A stretch of 64,000 bases of DNA from Gnetum montanum (GCA_015680685.1 MNCI01003331.1:123604-187603); one strand, 5' to 3'; numbered from the stretch's first letter, positions 25,901-39,987 are shown. The notes: generated by a model not told the origin, from the letters alone. Translations and numbers: made by a program.

Positions 25901-26900
25901 TCTTGCATGTTTCAATTTCTCATTAAGGGTTTTTGAAATGTTGTTAGTCATGTCAATCTACATTAAAAATAATTTTTTACTTTATTTATTCATGAGATAG
26001 ATCAAGCTTAGTTGCCATGTCACAAAAACAAAAATGGAGCAATAGCTATAAGTAGTGATCATTTACTTATTTTTCTTTACATTTTGTAGGTAGGATGAAG
26101 AACCTTGGGAACTATAGAATAACTCTTAGAACATTTCTCTATTTCCACTTTTTCCTTATACCCTTAGGATTGTATGTGGAGGTCTAAGCATAGTGAAGTA
26201 GTATTATGTTCTCTAGTGCTAGAGACTAGAGTGTGTACCTATTTATAATCATACTCAAGTTTTCATCTTCTTCATCTTCCTCTACATTGATGTTTGAGAT
26301 TTTCACTTTCTTATATATATATATATATATATGGCATAGACTACTTGCTAAGCATTACTAGAGATAATCCTAATAGTATTTGGTAGGCTTCCATGGCATT
26401 GATGTCCTATTCCATGATAGAGTTCATACGGAGCTTTTTATATGCTACAATCATGACTTAGTCATTGTCTCAGTTACTAGCTATCTCTTGTAGCATCATA
26501 TGATAGGATTCCAAACTCTACTCTAACTTTGTAGTGTACTTTGCTATGTACTATATCACAACTTCCTTGTTGAGAATTAGTTGCATGTTGGTATTCACCT
26601 TTCATACTTGTAATATCAAATAGTTATAAATGTTTAGTGGAGAATCTTTCCATGATGGATTGTGGTTAGAATTATTATTATTATTATAGATATATAGGAT
26701 GAAACCATCAGGCTATAATGGCTATGGGGTATTATGCCTAGAAATTGAAATGATGTAATACATATGCTCACAATAGAAAGATAACTTGAAAAATTTAATA
26801 TCAACTACTTGTAAACTCCCTACAAGGAATCCTTCATATGAAACCACCTTTTTTGCACTTGGTACATCATTGGACATAATTTATTATATTTTTGTAATCA
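23000..26900 (-). mobile_element. Heavily decayed gypsy-like internal (gag-like) region
   Basis: Semi-open minus-strand frames (VPMESTSLNLV..., DVLHLYLTNEK*VHD*VKL*SLEELII, CDLHGH) next to an LTR-like block. Lineage is uncertain. Confidence 0.4.
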
Positions 26901-26951
26901 TAATTTATGCTTGTGAAATTGATCATCTCCTAGATAATATGCATGGATAGA

Positions 26952-28545
26952 TGACAAAATTGAAATAATTAACTTGAAAAGTAGTGTGTTACCAAATGTA
27001 TAAAATTATAAATGAATACATAATAACACATGTCTGTGTACTAGTATAGGCTTTCTAGTGTTATTAAACCTATATTATCATGCATGAATCAAGTTATTGA
27101 GGAATTAATTTATACTCTCCATTATAGTAAGATATTTATGATCAAGATTATTCATAGGATAGGTGTTGAATAACTAGAGGAGAATCTATGCATGTGCATT
27201 AAATCACATATTGCCTAATAATCTTTTACTCAAAATTTGCATTGCAGCATAAACTTAAAGGATATGTTGTACCTCATGTGCATGAAGTAAGCCATGATGT
27301 ATGGATACTTGAGTATATTCTTGATGTTTTATCTTAAGAAATTTCTAGGTTGTGATAACTTTTTGGGAATCAAAGCATGTAGTTATAGCCAATGCATGTT
27401 TATACTACTTAGTAAGAAAACGAGTGTGGATATTTTCACCTAAGACACCATATCAAGAAATTTTGACTAACACTTACTTTAGTAGACTCATGTACTACGT
27501 AAGATCATTTTGAACTATAGTAATATCTCTACTATATAACATTTGTGATTTATGTTCAACTCAGGTTGTAGTCCCTTCACCATCAATGGGACTTGAAAGA
27601 TATTCCTTTGTATGAATACTACATTAGAGTTTTAAGCTTAGGAATGTATTATCATTTTATATATATAGTGTGATGAGTGGTGAGTAGTTCCTACACCCAA
27701 AAATATGAATCAAAAGCATGTATGCACAATCTGATTGAATTCCTAGATCCTTCTACCTAAGTTTCTTTTATCCTAGATAGTCAAACATATGATTATTGGT
27801 CATTGTCTTTCCAATCATCACATGTGTTAATTCCATCTATATGGCTAAGTGTGATTAAGGTGTAAAATATTTCTATTTATAATTTTATAATTTTTATCAT
27901 TAAAATTATTAAGAGGTGAAGTAATTAAAATATTAAATTTTAACTAATTAATAGAACTAAAGGTAAGCTAAGCTATTAAACATAGATAATCTACTTCCAC
28001 TTTCTATACATATCTTGAACTTATACTAATGCTGCTAGATTACCAAGTATTTACTACTGGGTGTGCCAAGTATTCATTGCTAGAATTACCAAGCATTAGT
28101 ATATTATGCTCAAAGTGGTTGCACTCACATTAATATGGAGAACACCATTAAATTATTAAGTGTAGAAAAGTAAAATATATGTAAAGTATTTGTTAGTAAA
28201 TTAAATGCTAGTCCAAGTGTTGTAATGAAAAGAAGAAATCTTGATTTTATTTCCATCATGGATAATATTCCATGTCCATCTTGCACTTAAATAAACCTTC
28301 ATATAATTAATTTAATCCACATTGCTGGCACGTAGAGAAAAAGTTTACTAAGTCCTATAGAAAAAAACTATAAAATCTTCACTAGAAGAATCACCAAAGA
28401 TGTTGTAAATGTGGTTAGTGTGTGAATTTATATAGGCTTATGAAGGATTAGAGTTGATTTATATGCACCAATGCATCCAAGGATGCATTAATGGGAATAT
28501 GCTCATGAGGCTATTTGACACAATTGACAAATTTAGACTTCATCA
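26952..28545 (-). repeat. Athila-like LTR, preceded on the minus strand by a PPT (28546-28555)
   Basis: Minus strand reads TGTGGGGGTA|TGATGAAG. Colinear similarity to 33954-35220 (TGTGATGAGT, TCATTGTCTT, TTACCAAG x2). Confidence 0.6.
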
Positions 28546-28749
28546 TACCCCCACAATTAACTAAAAACTCATTCTTAAGTGAACAAAAATAGGATCAAGT
28601 TAAAAAATATTGAAAAATATGGAATCAATAAACTATACAAAAAATAAATAACTTTAAGTCCCACGTTATTAACTATTTACATTATTATAAAAAAATGTGC
28701 AAGATACAAGGAATTTGGACAAGTTGATAAAATTGATAAGTGCTAGTTG

Positions 28750-31607
28750 GATGGAGTGAAATGAGATGAGATCTTCATACTTTGACTAGAGATGGAGGCT
28801 TTTATGATGTAGAGGATCCTTTATCATGTCATTTCTTTAAGAGTGGTCTAAGCTACCTTACTACTACTATTGTTGCTATAGAAAATTAGAAGGCATCTAG
28901 AAGTGCATTCATCTTCTCTTCCTTGTCTTATAAGTCATTAATAGTCTGGGAAGCTTTGGCTAGATGGCCTAATACTGATATATCCTATGGGTAGGGAAAT
29001 GTTGGAAACATCTCCTTCTTATTAACAAACTAGATTTTAAAATATTTACATTTGAAGTTGAATGTCTGAACAAGGTTCTATAGTTCATGATAATCATTCA
29101 TTCTCTTGGTCAAGTTAAAAACAACTAATCTCTAATCTAAGAACTTGCTTTTGAGGACTTCAAGCTCCATGTTAGCTACTTCCAACTTTTGTTTTGTCTC
29201 TTTGTGGAGCTTGAACTCTACCTCATAGAGAAGATAGGAGTTGATCACCTACTTCTCTAGGTTTGATCTTGGCCTCCCTACAAGTAACATTGTCAAGCAT
29301 TCATAACAAATATTAGCTAAGTCCACATACTTTTTCAACTATTCAATGTAAAACATCTTTAAATAGATTTTAGCTTAATTTTAGGCATTAAACCCATTAA
29401 AGATAGACTATCATATATCACCTATTTTTTGAAGTTGCTAGAGAGCTTCATTCACCTTAGCCTTAGAGAATTTGATTTCTTTTTCATTTACCTTCTTGAG
29501 CATTCTGACCTAGTCCTTGGAGTGATTTTTTACCTTCTCATATTATAGGGCCTTATTCTTTTAAGTGAAAATCTTAATAATAGTCTTTTAGAAATGGGCA
29601 TAAACCTTCTTGATTGAGAGATTTTCATTCTTAGCAACCAACATTCTCATATCTTGGTTCATCTTGGCAAGTTGTTCCTACTACTTATAAATGTATTTGA
29701 CCATTTAGCCCTTTTGTTATTTAGCATTATGGAGGTGGTGATTCTCTTGGGTTATAATAATTTTTTCCTTACAAAGCTATTAAATTTCATAGCTAGAAGA
29801 GTTCATCATTGCGTCCAATAGTGATACATCAAATATCGTCACTTCTTTTACATTCTTAGCCTTTTAAAGTTTTTTTTGAAGTTGCTAAAAAAGTTCATCT
29901 CTTGAATGCTTAAGCTTGAGAATGGATGGATCTAATAAATAAGGTCTAAGTTCTACAACTTCAATTACCAATCATTGATTGCGAATGATTCCCTTCTTGA
30001 GTTATGCATTAGCAATGAGTAACTTGTCCCTTGTCTTTAGAAGCTACGACTAGATAGCCAAAATATCTTCCAAAAGAACAAGAATCTCTAAAATTAGTTA
30101 CTTGTATCTAACCAATTTCACTAGCATGTCTTTGTGCTATAGTACACTCATTTCACTACTCCCTACTCTTGTTGATACTTGGACTAATTTCATGACAATA
30201 ACATCAAGGATAGATGCTAGATGAGCACTTAGAGCTTCTCCAATTTTGTTAGCTACCACTTTTTCTATAGTCTCCTAGACCTTGTATGGAATGACTAAGA
30301 CTATTACTTCTTTTTCCTTCTATTGTATGATAGAGAAGGTTTTTGTGTTCCTAGAGATTTTGAGAAATTCTTGTTCTTAAATGAACATAGTAACTTATCT
30401 AATATTAGTATTGGAGTGAATAGAAATCTAGTTTCACTATCAGGAGAAAAATGGATCCATTTCATCCATTGGCTAGTTGATTATAAGGGCAATATCATTT
30501 AGGTGGCTTATGGCTAGATAGTTCACAAAAGAATCATCACAATCTTTAGAGTCTTGTTGTTGCAATTATTATTTCCTAAGTTTCCCTAAGTGTTTAATAG
30601 CTAACATCATTTTAGAAGTTTTCTTTGGTATTACAAGTGATGGAAAAGGTGGTATTTCCTCTTCTTGAAGCTTTGCAGGTATTATATATTTTATCATCTC
30701 TTGTTGGGATGTGGCAAGATTCTTGTGGACGATAATATTAGCATAGTAGGCTATGCCTCCCATTTTACAAAGTTTTTTGATGAGGTAGGAAAAGAAACGT
30801 GTCTTCCTACCCTTGAAATTTTCCTTAAAATGTTTCTTGATCTATAGGAAGATAGCCTAAGTAAGGTTGACCTCAAATTTTCCACTTAAGACCATGCATT
30901 TATTAGTGGTAAAGGTAGTTACCTTACTTAGCCTCACCATAAGATTGAGGTGATAGGCTAAGATTTTGAAGTAAGCTCACTCACCTTAGTTAGGGTACAA
31001 TATTCCTTATGATCCACTCCATATCATCATTGGATTCATTCTTGCATAGCATTTGGGTTTTCTTATGTCAAAATTTCTACTAGCTTCACTTCAATGTTTG
31101 GAAATCGAAGGGACTCTAAAATTTCATCAACCAAGTAGAAGATGATGAAATGTTAAATCTTGACAATTGCATCTCATTGTTGATTCCATAAAAGGTAGGT
31201 CTTTTCCATGTATCATTCTCCACTAGTGGAGAGAATGAACCATCAAGAAGATCCTTACAATTGGTTCTTAACCTATTTTGATGCTAATTCCAAGAAAGGT
31301 TCGAAGTTTAGATCTTGAAGGATTAAGCTATGAATTTCTTTTCTTTAGATCTTTTATAGGTAGGTCTTTGTGAGCATGACCTCTAGGTTAGACCATGGTC
31401 TTGGGACATCATCCTACCTTGATTGTTCCATTTTGGATGTGAAAATATAATGAACAAATTCAAGCTTAGGCTCCTCATGCAAGGAGCTAATAGCATGGGT
31501 TGTTTCGATGACTTGCTCCCAGGGTTTTTGTTATAAAATTTCTTCACAAGATCATTTTTCCTAGGGCTGTGAAGGCCTCCTACTTATGGTTCTTTCTTTG
31601 GTGCCAT
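28750..31607 (-). pseudogene. Decayed Athila-type accessory (env-like/ORF2) gene, coiled-coil rich
   Basis: Starts TTTGTGATTGTAG|ATG GCA CCA AAG AAA (MAPKK after an acceptor-like site). K/E-rich C-terminal half. Lies directly upstream of the PPT and LTR. Confidence 0.55.
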
Positions 31608-31779
31608 CTACAATCACAAACATAATCCAATATCGATTATTTGGATTATAATCTTCTTTTAGTTTGAATATTCATCAATGAATCAATTAAGCTAAGTTTG
31701 ATGTAAAGTTCTTATTTAAGTGATCGTCGATACAAAGGTTTTGATTTCATCATTATTTCACTCTATGTTAATGGCTTGA

Positions 31780-33185
31780 TTTTTATGGCTATGTCTAACA
31801 AATTAAATGAGCAATTAAGGCATGATATGAAAGGTGAGTTTGAGATGAAGGATTTGGAAGTCCTTAAACATTTTTGAGGAATCCAAATTGATCAAGAAGA
31901 AGATTTTTTAAAGATGCATCAGTCAAAATATGCATAGGCCATCATTGAAAAGTATGAGCTAGAGGAAGCCAAGATAGCTACAACTTCACTTCTTCAAAAT
32001 ATGAAGCTTTTAAGGAAAGATGATACTCCACTGTTTGATCCTTCCTTATACAGAGGTATGACTAGTTCATTAAGGTTTTTGTGTCATAGCAAGCATGATT
32101 TGGAATAAGCAACTTCATTTTTATCAAAGTTTATGCAAGAGCCAAGGTAGTCACATCTTAATGCCTTGAAGCATCTTTTGAGGTATGTTAATGAAACAAC
32201 TAAATTTGGCATTAAGTTCATTAATGGAGACATAATGTTTTATGTTTTTTCTGATGCTGATTGGGGAGGAGATGTAGATCATCGTAAGTCATCTTTTGGT
32301 TGATTTATTTTTCATGGTTCTAATTCTATTTATTGGAAGATAAAGAAACAAAATAGTGTGAGCCTCTCATCATGTGAGGTAGAATTTATTGCTATGGTTG
32401 AATGTCTTTAGCATGTTTTATGGTTAAAAAAGTTCTTTTCTTAAGTTTTGAAATTGAACTTTCAATTTTTATGTTAGTGGATAATACAACAACAATAAAA
32501 TCTTTCAAGAAGTGCATAATTCATAAGAAGAGCAAGCACATTGACATCAAATATTACTTTATAAAGAATGAAGTGAAGAAAAGCATAATTAATCGCACAC
32601 ATGTTCAAAGCAATGATCTATTAACTAACTTACAAACTAAACCATTGTAGGCTTATCAAATTGACTATCTTTTAAACATATTTGGTATGTTCAAAGTAGA
32701 TGATAAGAAGAAAGATCTTCAAGTTTCTAATTCAGCTATTCTCAAACCAATCTCAACACTAAAGAAGGGAATGTTGAGTATTGTGTACTATAGAAATTGT
32801 TTTCTTCTACTTTGAATAAATTTTTTAAAAAGGTTATTTAGTTTAGTAAATTTTTAAAATTATTAGAAGTTTTTTTATCATGTAATGTTTTTTTAAATAA
32901 TTTTTTTCTAGTATTTAGAGGTTAGTTGTGATGACTTTAACTCAGTCATGTTGAAATTAACTCTCAATTGAGTTTTCTTTTATAAAAGTAGTTAGAAGAG
33001 CTATCTTATGATGTGAAAAAAAACCTGATGTAAGATTATTTCAAAAATAATGGAAGAATCTATCAATTCTTATATTTCTCAAGTTTTATTATGGTTTTAA
33101 TTTTTTCATAGTGAATTTTACAATGATTTGATTTTCACCCTTCAATTTCTTAATTTCTCATCTTATCCGTTGTGCTCATTCTAAT
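31780..33185 (+). mobile_element. Copia RT-RNase H fragment, PPT and 3' LTR (related to the element at 1-2650)
   Basis: EFEMKDL, FSDADWGGDVDHRKS, SCEVEF, SKHIDIKYYF. AAAGAAGGGAA then TGTTGAG at 32772. Confidence 0.88.
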
Positions 33186-33338
33186 ACCCTATGGGGTAGG
33201 AAAAGGATTAGGCCTTGCCCTTATTTAGAAGCATCCTTATGGATTCTTATAATGATCCCAAGGTTTGATCATAAGAGTACTAAAAAGATGTATACCACTT
33301 CCATAATGATGATAGTATATACTTTTTCTATGAGCAAT

Positions 33339-33488
33339 AATGAGATGTTAGATTAGTGATAAAACTCTTGATTTGGAAACTCCAAGTTATAGGTTTGATT
33401 CTAGGAGGTAATACTAAGTTATAAAATTCTAATTGAACTATATGTATTTAGAGTAAATATTATTAACAAAATGTTTTGGCTTCCAACA
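33339..33488 (+). mobile_element. tRNA-derived SINE copy
   Basis: A-box-like TAGATTAGTGA, B-box-like GGTTTGATTCT and family tail ending TTCCAACA. Confidence 0.7.
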
Positions 33489-33659
33489 CCTTTCCCACTA
33501 CTGTTAGTAGGAGCTCATAAACTTTCCTAATAAAAATTTATATTTTAAAAAAATTATAATATTTTTAATAATCCTTATAATTTTTAAATTATAAATGTTG
33601 AAAGTGTTTTCAAGAACTAAAACTATGGTTGATCTAAAAACTAAAACTATTTAATAATT

Positions 33660-33802
33660 AAGTATTAACCTAATTGTAGCACTCTTAATCTAGAAGCTCT
33701 AAGTTATGGGGTTCAATTCTCATGGGCAATGCTAAGTTATAAAGTTCTAATTTTACTATATATCTTGGGAGTAAATATGATTAAATTTTTTTAGGTTCCA
33801 AC
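33660..33802 (+). mobile_element. tRNA-derived SINE copy
   Basis: B box GGTTCAATTCT and the same tail ending AGGTTCCAAC. Confidence 0.7.
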
Positions 33803-33953
33803 CCTTACTTTCCCTAAAAGGGCTAAAAATTTTTGTGGCAATGTGGAGGAGGAAGCGAGTGGGGGTGGATAACATGTCTAATCTACAACTTTGTGAATAT
33901 ATGTACTCTAAAACATATAGTAGATACTTAAGCAAAACATAATAGTATCACTC

Positions 33954-35220
33954 TGACAACCTAACTTCCAAGTTATCCAAATCATATCCTTAATAGTGTA
34001 TTTGTGAAAGTACACAAGGTATTTTAATGTATATAATAAAATGTAAAACTAAAGATGAAAGCTAAATGCATTAAGAAACTCTTTTAACATAATGTAAGAG
34101 AAAGCTATGAATTAGAGTAGCATAATTATAGATTTTATATAACATGAATGTAACTAAGAAAATTAATAGTATGGCATTAAATAATCACCAATATCCTTAC
34201 ACTAGTTTATTATTATCATGATAATTAGGTTGGCTTCTTGAGAATAATGTTTTCAATCTACTTTTTCAATCATGATCCCTTTTCACAAGCAGAAGCAACT
34301 AGGATCACACAACAAGAATATTAAGTTTTTAGAAACTTTATACAAAATAAGCCTAAGTTTAGCCATAGTATGTAAAATAACATTTATATGTGATGAGTAG
34401 CAATTAGTCCCTATGCCCAACCATATCAATCACTAGTGTTCACTAAGAGATCCGATCGAATTCTGTAGACTTTAGCTCTCTAAGCATACATTATCTAGGT
34501 AGTGAATCTCAAGAATGTGATCATTGTCTTCCCAATTTCACTTCTGAGGTACAATGGTATGGTTAAGTATAATTGGAGCACATGATTTGTATAATATTTT
34601 ATATTTTTATTGATTTCTTCTAAGCATGGAAATAAGGTAATTAAATGCTTAATTAACCTACAAAGTATCTATTGCCTTAACTAATCCTAACATAACAATC
34701 TATTCCCATTTGCCATGGACATCCTAAAGATGTTGCAATTCTACTAGGTTACCAAGCATAAATGCTATTGGAATTACCAAGTGTTAACATCTGCTCGAGG
34801 TGGTCATACTTATGTGCATTAATTATTCAAATAAAATTAATTAATTAAATGCATAAAAGTAAATTTCATGAATAGTAAATACTTTAAATAATATTAAGCT
34901 AAGTCCAATTACTACAAATGTTATTAAGAAAGCTTATCTTTATTATTGTTCACACTGAAGTGTCTAGGTATATCAATGCATGAATAAAGATTTGTACACA
35001 TTTCAACTCCTACTGTGGGCACTTAGAAAATATTCTAACTCTCAAATGAACAAAATGCAAGAGCTTTGCTATGCTACTTATGAACCAAATTCCTTAAATG
35101 TAGTAGTTGTGTGTATTTATATAGGTAAGAGTAGACACTTCATTGATGCCTATGTGTTGACACATCAAATCATGCATTGACGAGTACGCGTCAACTAGAC
35201 CCAACCAACGATAACCATCA
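33954..35220 (-). repeat. Athila-like LTR, diverged relative of 26952-28545
   Basis: TGACAA...CCATCA termini and shared internal blocks. The adjacent minus-strand TGATACTATT may be a deaminated TGGCGCCGTT PBS. Confidence 0.5.
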
Positions 35221-35482
35221 ATATGCATTCACATCTATAGATAATTTGGATCCTTTTTGTGAGTTCTTAAGAGAAGATAAAAAATCTAATACAAAACCTT
35301 ATTTACAGCCAAACGAGAATTAGTAATAGGATTATTAGATTGTCAAAATACAAGAGGAAATCCATATACACACTACACACTAACCACCTAAAACATACAC
35401 AGTATTTATTAGTAAAAATACTATAAGGAATTTTCATTAGTAATGAAAACCTCATACAACTTATTAACTGCATTGGTATATG

Positions 35483-35705
35483 CTCTATGTGTCTTCTTGG
35501 GAGCCCAGCCCATCAATGCAACCATAGAGTCCAATGGTAGGCACATAACCCATTGGTCACAACTCTATGTACCATGTGGAAGTCCATCCCTATTAATGCA
35601 ATATAGAGACCAATGAAAAGTATCATCATAATCATGCAATGTCCATTAATCATACCTCTATGTGTCTTGTGGGAGTATATCCCCACTAATGCAATCATAG
35701 AGCCT
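35483..35705. repeat. Three hairpin-forming repeat units in an LTR-like fragment
   Basis: CTCTATG...TGG(G/A)AG..CCC...TAATGCA..ATAGAG at about 35483, 35562 and 35657, with different spacers. Confidence 0.7.
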
Positions 35706-35992
35706 AATTTTTTACCATTTTTTAACAAAGTTACTATGCATCTATTATATGTTATCATGATCTATGTACTTATTTCTAAATTTATATTGTATTAGCTCTT
35801 AGAGTCATGAACTATCATAAAATGAAATAACTACTTTTACTTCATAAAACATTCAAAGTGACTTATTTATTAAGCATTTTAAGTACAAAAAAAAATACAT
35901 TACATATTCAAATTACTACTTAGCTAAGATGCATTCTATTGCATTCATATTAATGGTTGATGTAAAAGTAGGGTGTTATAATCACATCTAAC

Positions 35993-36680
35993 AATGAGAT
36001 GTTAGCCTAGTCATAAGATACTTGATTTAGAAGCTCTAAATCATGGGTTTAATTTTGGTGGGCAATACTAATTTCTCTAAAGTTCTAATTAGACTATATA
36101 TCTTAAGGTATATATATTTTTAACTTATTTTGAGTAATGAGATGTTAGCCTAGTGGTACTGGTCTTGGCCTAATAACTCCACGTCACAAGTTTGTTTCTA
36201 CTAGGTAGCATTTACTTATAAAATTTTATAAATATTGGGGTGTACCTATATTTTATGTATTTTTGGTTCCAACAGCCTCAACCCCTCATAATAGTTTCAC
36301 ATCACTTAGAATCAAACTTAAAATTATAGAGGTATTAGAATTTAAACCATTGGACTTTGTAGGATGGGGGAGGGATTTCAGAGGGTTGAGGATGGTGGGG
36401 AATGGGTAGGATAGAGGAAGGATGTTGGAACCTTGAAATAATTGTAATATAGGTGCACCCTAAGGTATATATTCCAATTAAAAATTTATAATTACCACTG
36501 GGCTAATATCTCATTGTTAGAATTGAAACTATTTGACTATATGCATCCCATTACATATAGCTAACACAACTCTTTCTTAGAACTTAAGACAAACATAAAA
36601 AATGAGGTTTTATCCTAGTGGTAAGACCTTTAATTTTGTAACTCCAAGTTATGAGTTCAATTCAACCAAGCAGTGATTAA
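35993..36680. mobile_element. Cluster of four SINE copies (35993-36130 +, 36136-36274 +, 36423-36515 - internally deleted, 36601-36680 + head only)
   Basis: AATGAGATGTTAGCCTAGTG(G/T) heads, B-box-like motifs and GGTTCCAACA tails. Confidence 0.75.
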
Positions 36681-39427
36681 CCAACACTCCTATAACAAAT
36701 CAACATGTCCATTGGAATCAAACATATAACTTGCAAATTACTAATTTAGCTATATATCTATAATTTAGGTGAGATAACTTTTCTCTTTACAAAAAATAAA
36801 ATGGATTGATTCTCAAAAAAAATTATGTAATATAAGATGAACAATTAGAAAATATAATTTAGTATTGCATAATCACAACCTAGAAGGTTACGGACAAAAT
36901 ATTTTTATTACATCTGTATACATCCAAAGGATTTATTAAATGATCCCTTTCATATGATTTGTAGTTGACCTCTCAAACTAAAGAGTTATGAATGGAATAC
37001 AATTTAGTGTTACAAGAAAAAGACCTCTACAAGATTACAAAAAAAAAGCTAAAATTGAATTGCGTCATCCATATCTTGCATTTTTTTATTTGCAAACATT
37101 TCAAATCATACTAGATTCATCATCAGTTGCAATTGATTTCTAAAGGATTATGGATACTATATAATTTAACATTACAAAATTGAATACTTTCGGATAATTC
37201 ATAGTTAGCCTCTCATCCAAAAATGATTAGATGCTCTAACCAAGTGAGCATTATCCATCCTTAGTACCTTTGAATTTTAAGTATGTGTTTTAAATTACTA
37301 GTAACTAGCAAATGATGGACATACAATAGATTAGGTTTTAACATAAATGCAACAATACCTTAATGGAAACTTTAATAGGTAACAGTAATTCATTATGATT
37401 TGAGAAGTTCTCTCTAAAATGACATTATGGTCTTATCAACTACTTTGTTTTTTATTGATAAAAATTGTTGATCTGATGCAGTCATTACTCTTAGATACTA
37501 CTAAAGTAGTTTATTCTAGTAATTCCAAAATTTATGATATTTCTCAAAATGTAGATTAAAATGTTAATAAATAGAAAGTTATAATGTCTTTTTCTGATGA
37601 TAATGTTGCACGTAAGATGCATTATATTATTCTTTTTGATGTATATGAGTCACCATTAACTCATTTTACATAGCAACATGCTTTTATTTAAATTCTGGTT
37701 GCCTATGACATAATTAAAATTTTATTTCATAACTTAATGATTTGATGCAAAAACATTATATTCAAGTTACTCATGCTAGAAACTATTTTTATTTCTTCTT
37801 AGTTATTGAGTAAGGTAATGTTTTAATGGTGTAACTTGGCCCTAGAAATATGCTCATTTATACATAAGCATGAAGTGTTAATTATTTGTAAGTAGATGTC
37901 CAATTTAAAGAATATTATAAAGCTACATATTTTTCAAGATTTTTAATAATTTATTTGATTTTTTATAATGTTGAAGAGCAAATTACTAGGCTTCTTAATC
38001 CCATGATGCATATGAGTTTTTCTTTTTTTACAAAATAGATTTTATTAACTATAAGAATGAATTAGTATTGCAAGTAAGAAGACTNTATTTTATTAACTAT
38101 AAGAATGAATTAGTATTGCAAGTAAGAAGACTTATAGTTAACCAATTACATATTCTAATCTTCTATCAATATTTTTGTATTTACTTCTAAAAATATTGTT
38201 TATTCTATATAGACATTTCTATGGAAAATCCATCTTCTTCCAATAGGAACAATATTAACTCAAAATAAAAAATAATATTTATAACCAACCTACAACTGAT
38301 GGCAAAGGTTTCCACAAAAGGTTTTCTTCAAAAAAAAAAGTAATAGTGAATTGAAATATGTCCATCTTTCTTCTACTGTGAATTTGAATTTTTTTTTTTG
38401 AAATGTTACTTTTATATCATAACTTTTTATTCTATCTCAAATTCATTTGATATTTTTGGCCAAGAGGCCACCTACTAATTATAGGTAACAATAAATAATA
38501 TTATGTCCATAATTCTAAAGGAAAGTCCATTGGACTACCAAACATAGATTGGTAATGCTAAAGGGGAGCCTATCACTGAAGTTAAATAGAATATAATATT
38601 CTATTCACAACACTCTAGGGAGAACCTATAGATGCTAAATAATATTTCATCTATAATGCTAACATATTTGTTCCAAGTAACTATGTTTGCATCTTGGTAT
38701 TGAAATGGAAAAAGAAGAAAATTCTAAAGAGCATGGATAGAAAACAACAATTCATAAGAATTTAGACAAATTTATTACCAAACTTATAATTAGTTATCTT
38801 TGAATTATGTAATTATAGTGATTTGACCACAATTATTATGGAATGAATTCAATCTTCTATAAAAGTAACTTGTATAATTTCTAATATAGTAGATGAACTA
38901 AAATTCAATGTTGTTTTTAAAAGATCCTCTCTAAAAAAGTATAGACATATATTAAATATATAACTAAGCTATTTTAACTTCAAGAATAGATATTGAAAAT
39001 GATGTAAAGGCAATCAATATGGAAAGTATCTTTTCCATTAATCATTAATTTTTTTCTTTTAATTTTTCATGATTGATTATAAGGATGTACACCTGAGTAA
39101 GCATCTTTAGAACTAATGAGATTTTCCTTTTATATTATTTTAGAACTAATCCCATTCTTTTGGGATAAGACTAGGATCAAAGATAAAAATGTAGTGTCTC
39201 CACTCATTTTCTTGGAAAGGAAACTTTTAGATCCTTTAACCATTTAGGGTAAATTTTAATATTCACCTTTTAATCTAATGTGAAAATTCTAATGGTATGT
39301 CAAAATGAAAATTAGATTTGAATCCATAAATTAAGCCATGGATATATTATTTTGCTTTAATACATATAGAGTAAAAGAAAATAAAATTTCGATAAGCTAA
39401 ATGAAGGTCCTTAAAAACAACATTGTG

Positions 39428-39581
39428 AAATGTTGGAACCTAAAATAAGTGAAACATAGATGCACTCCAAGATATATAGTCTAATTAGAACTTTATATAA
39501 CTCAACATTGTCCACTAGAATCAAATCCATAACTTGAAGCTTCCAAATCAAGTGTCTTACTACTAGGCTAACTCCTCATTT
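39428..39581 (-). mobile_element. Full-length tRNA-derived SINE with 17-bp TSD
   Basis: Flanked by TTAAAAACAACATTGTG at 39411-39427 and 39582-39598. A- and B-box-like motifs are on the minus strand. Confidence 0.88.
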
Positions 39582-39987
39582 TTAAAAACAACATTGTGTA
39601 ATAAGATTCTAATAAAATAAAAGTAGAATAGATTAATAAAAGAGCACTCTTAAAAAGAGAATCCTAGTATAGGAAAGAAATAAGTAAAATAAAATGAATG
39701 ATCTTCATCATCATCTGATTTTAGCCCATTTGTAAATAATTAAGAGTATTACATCAATAGATACAGAGCCTTATTGAAGTAGAAAAGAAAATGTGAAAAT
39801 AAAAGGAAAGAACAATAGAACATAGGAAAAGTTATCACTGCAAGAAAAAACTATCAACACACAATTTTCTTTAGTACTTGATTGTGTTGTAGAGGTACTT
39901 AAGCAAAGCATATAAAATACACTTAATGTAGGCTTGGAATAAATGTAGATTAGGCATGGAGGTAGCAATAAACCTCTTACATAAGAT

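Noticed and set aside
33339-36680. Functional tRNA genes
   Set aside because: Acceptor and anticodon stems do not close, the copies are diverged, and they share a non-tRNA tail, so they are SINEs.
38040-38135. Perfect ~45-bp tandem duplication
   Set aside because: It straddles a single N, typical of an unmerged contig overlap.
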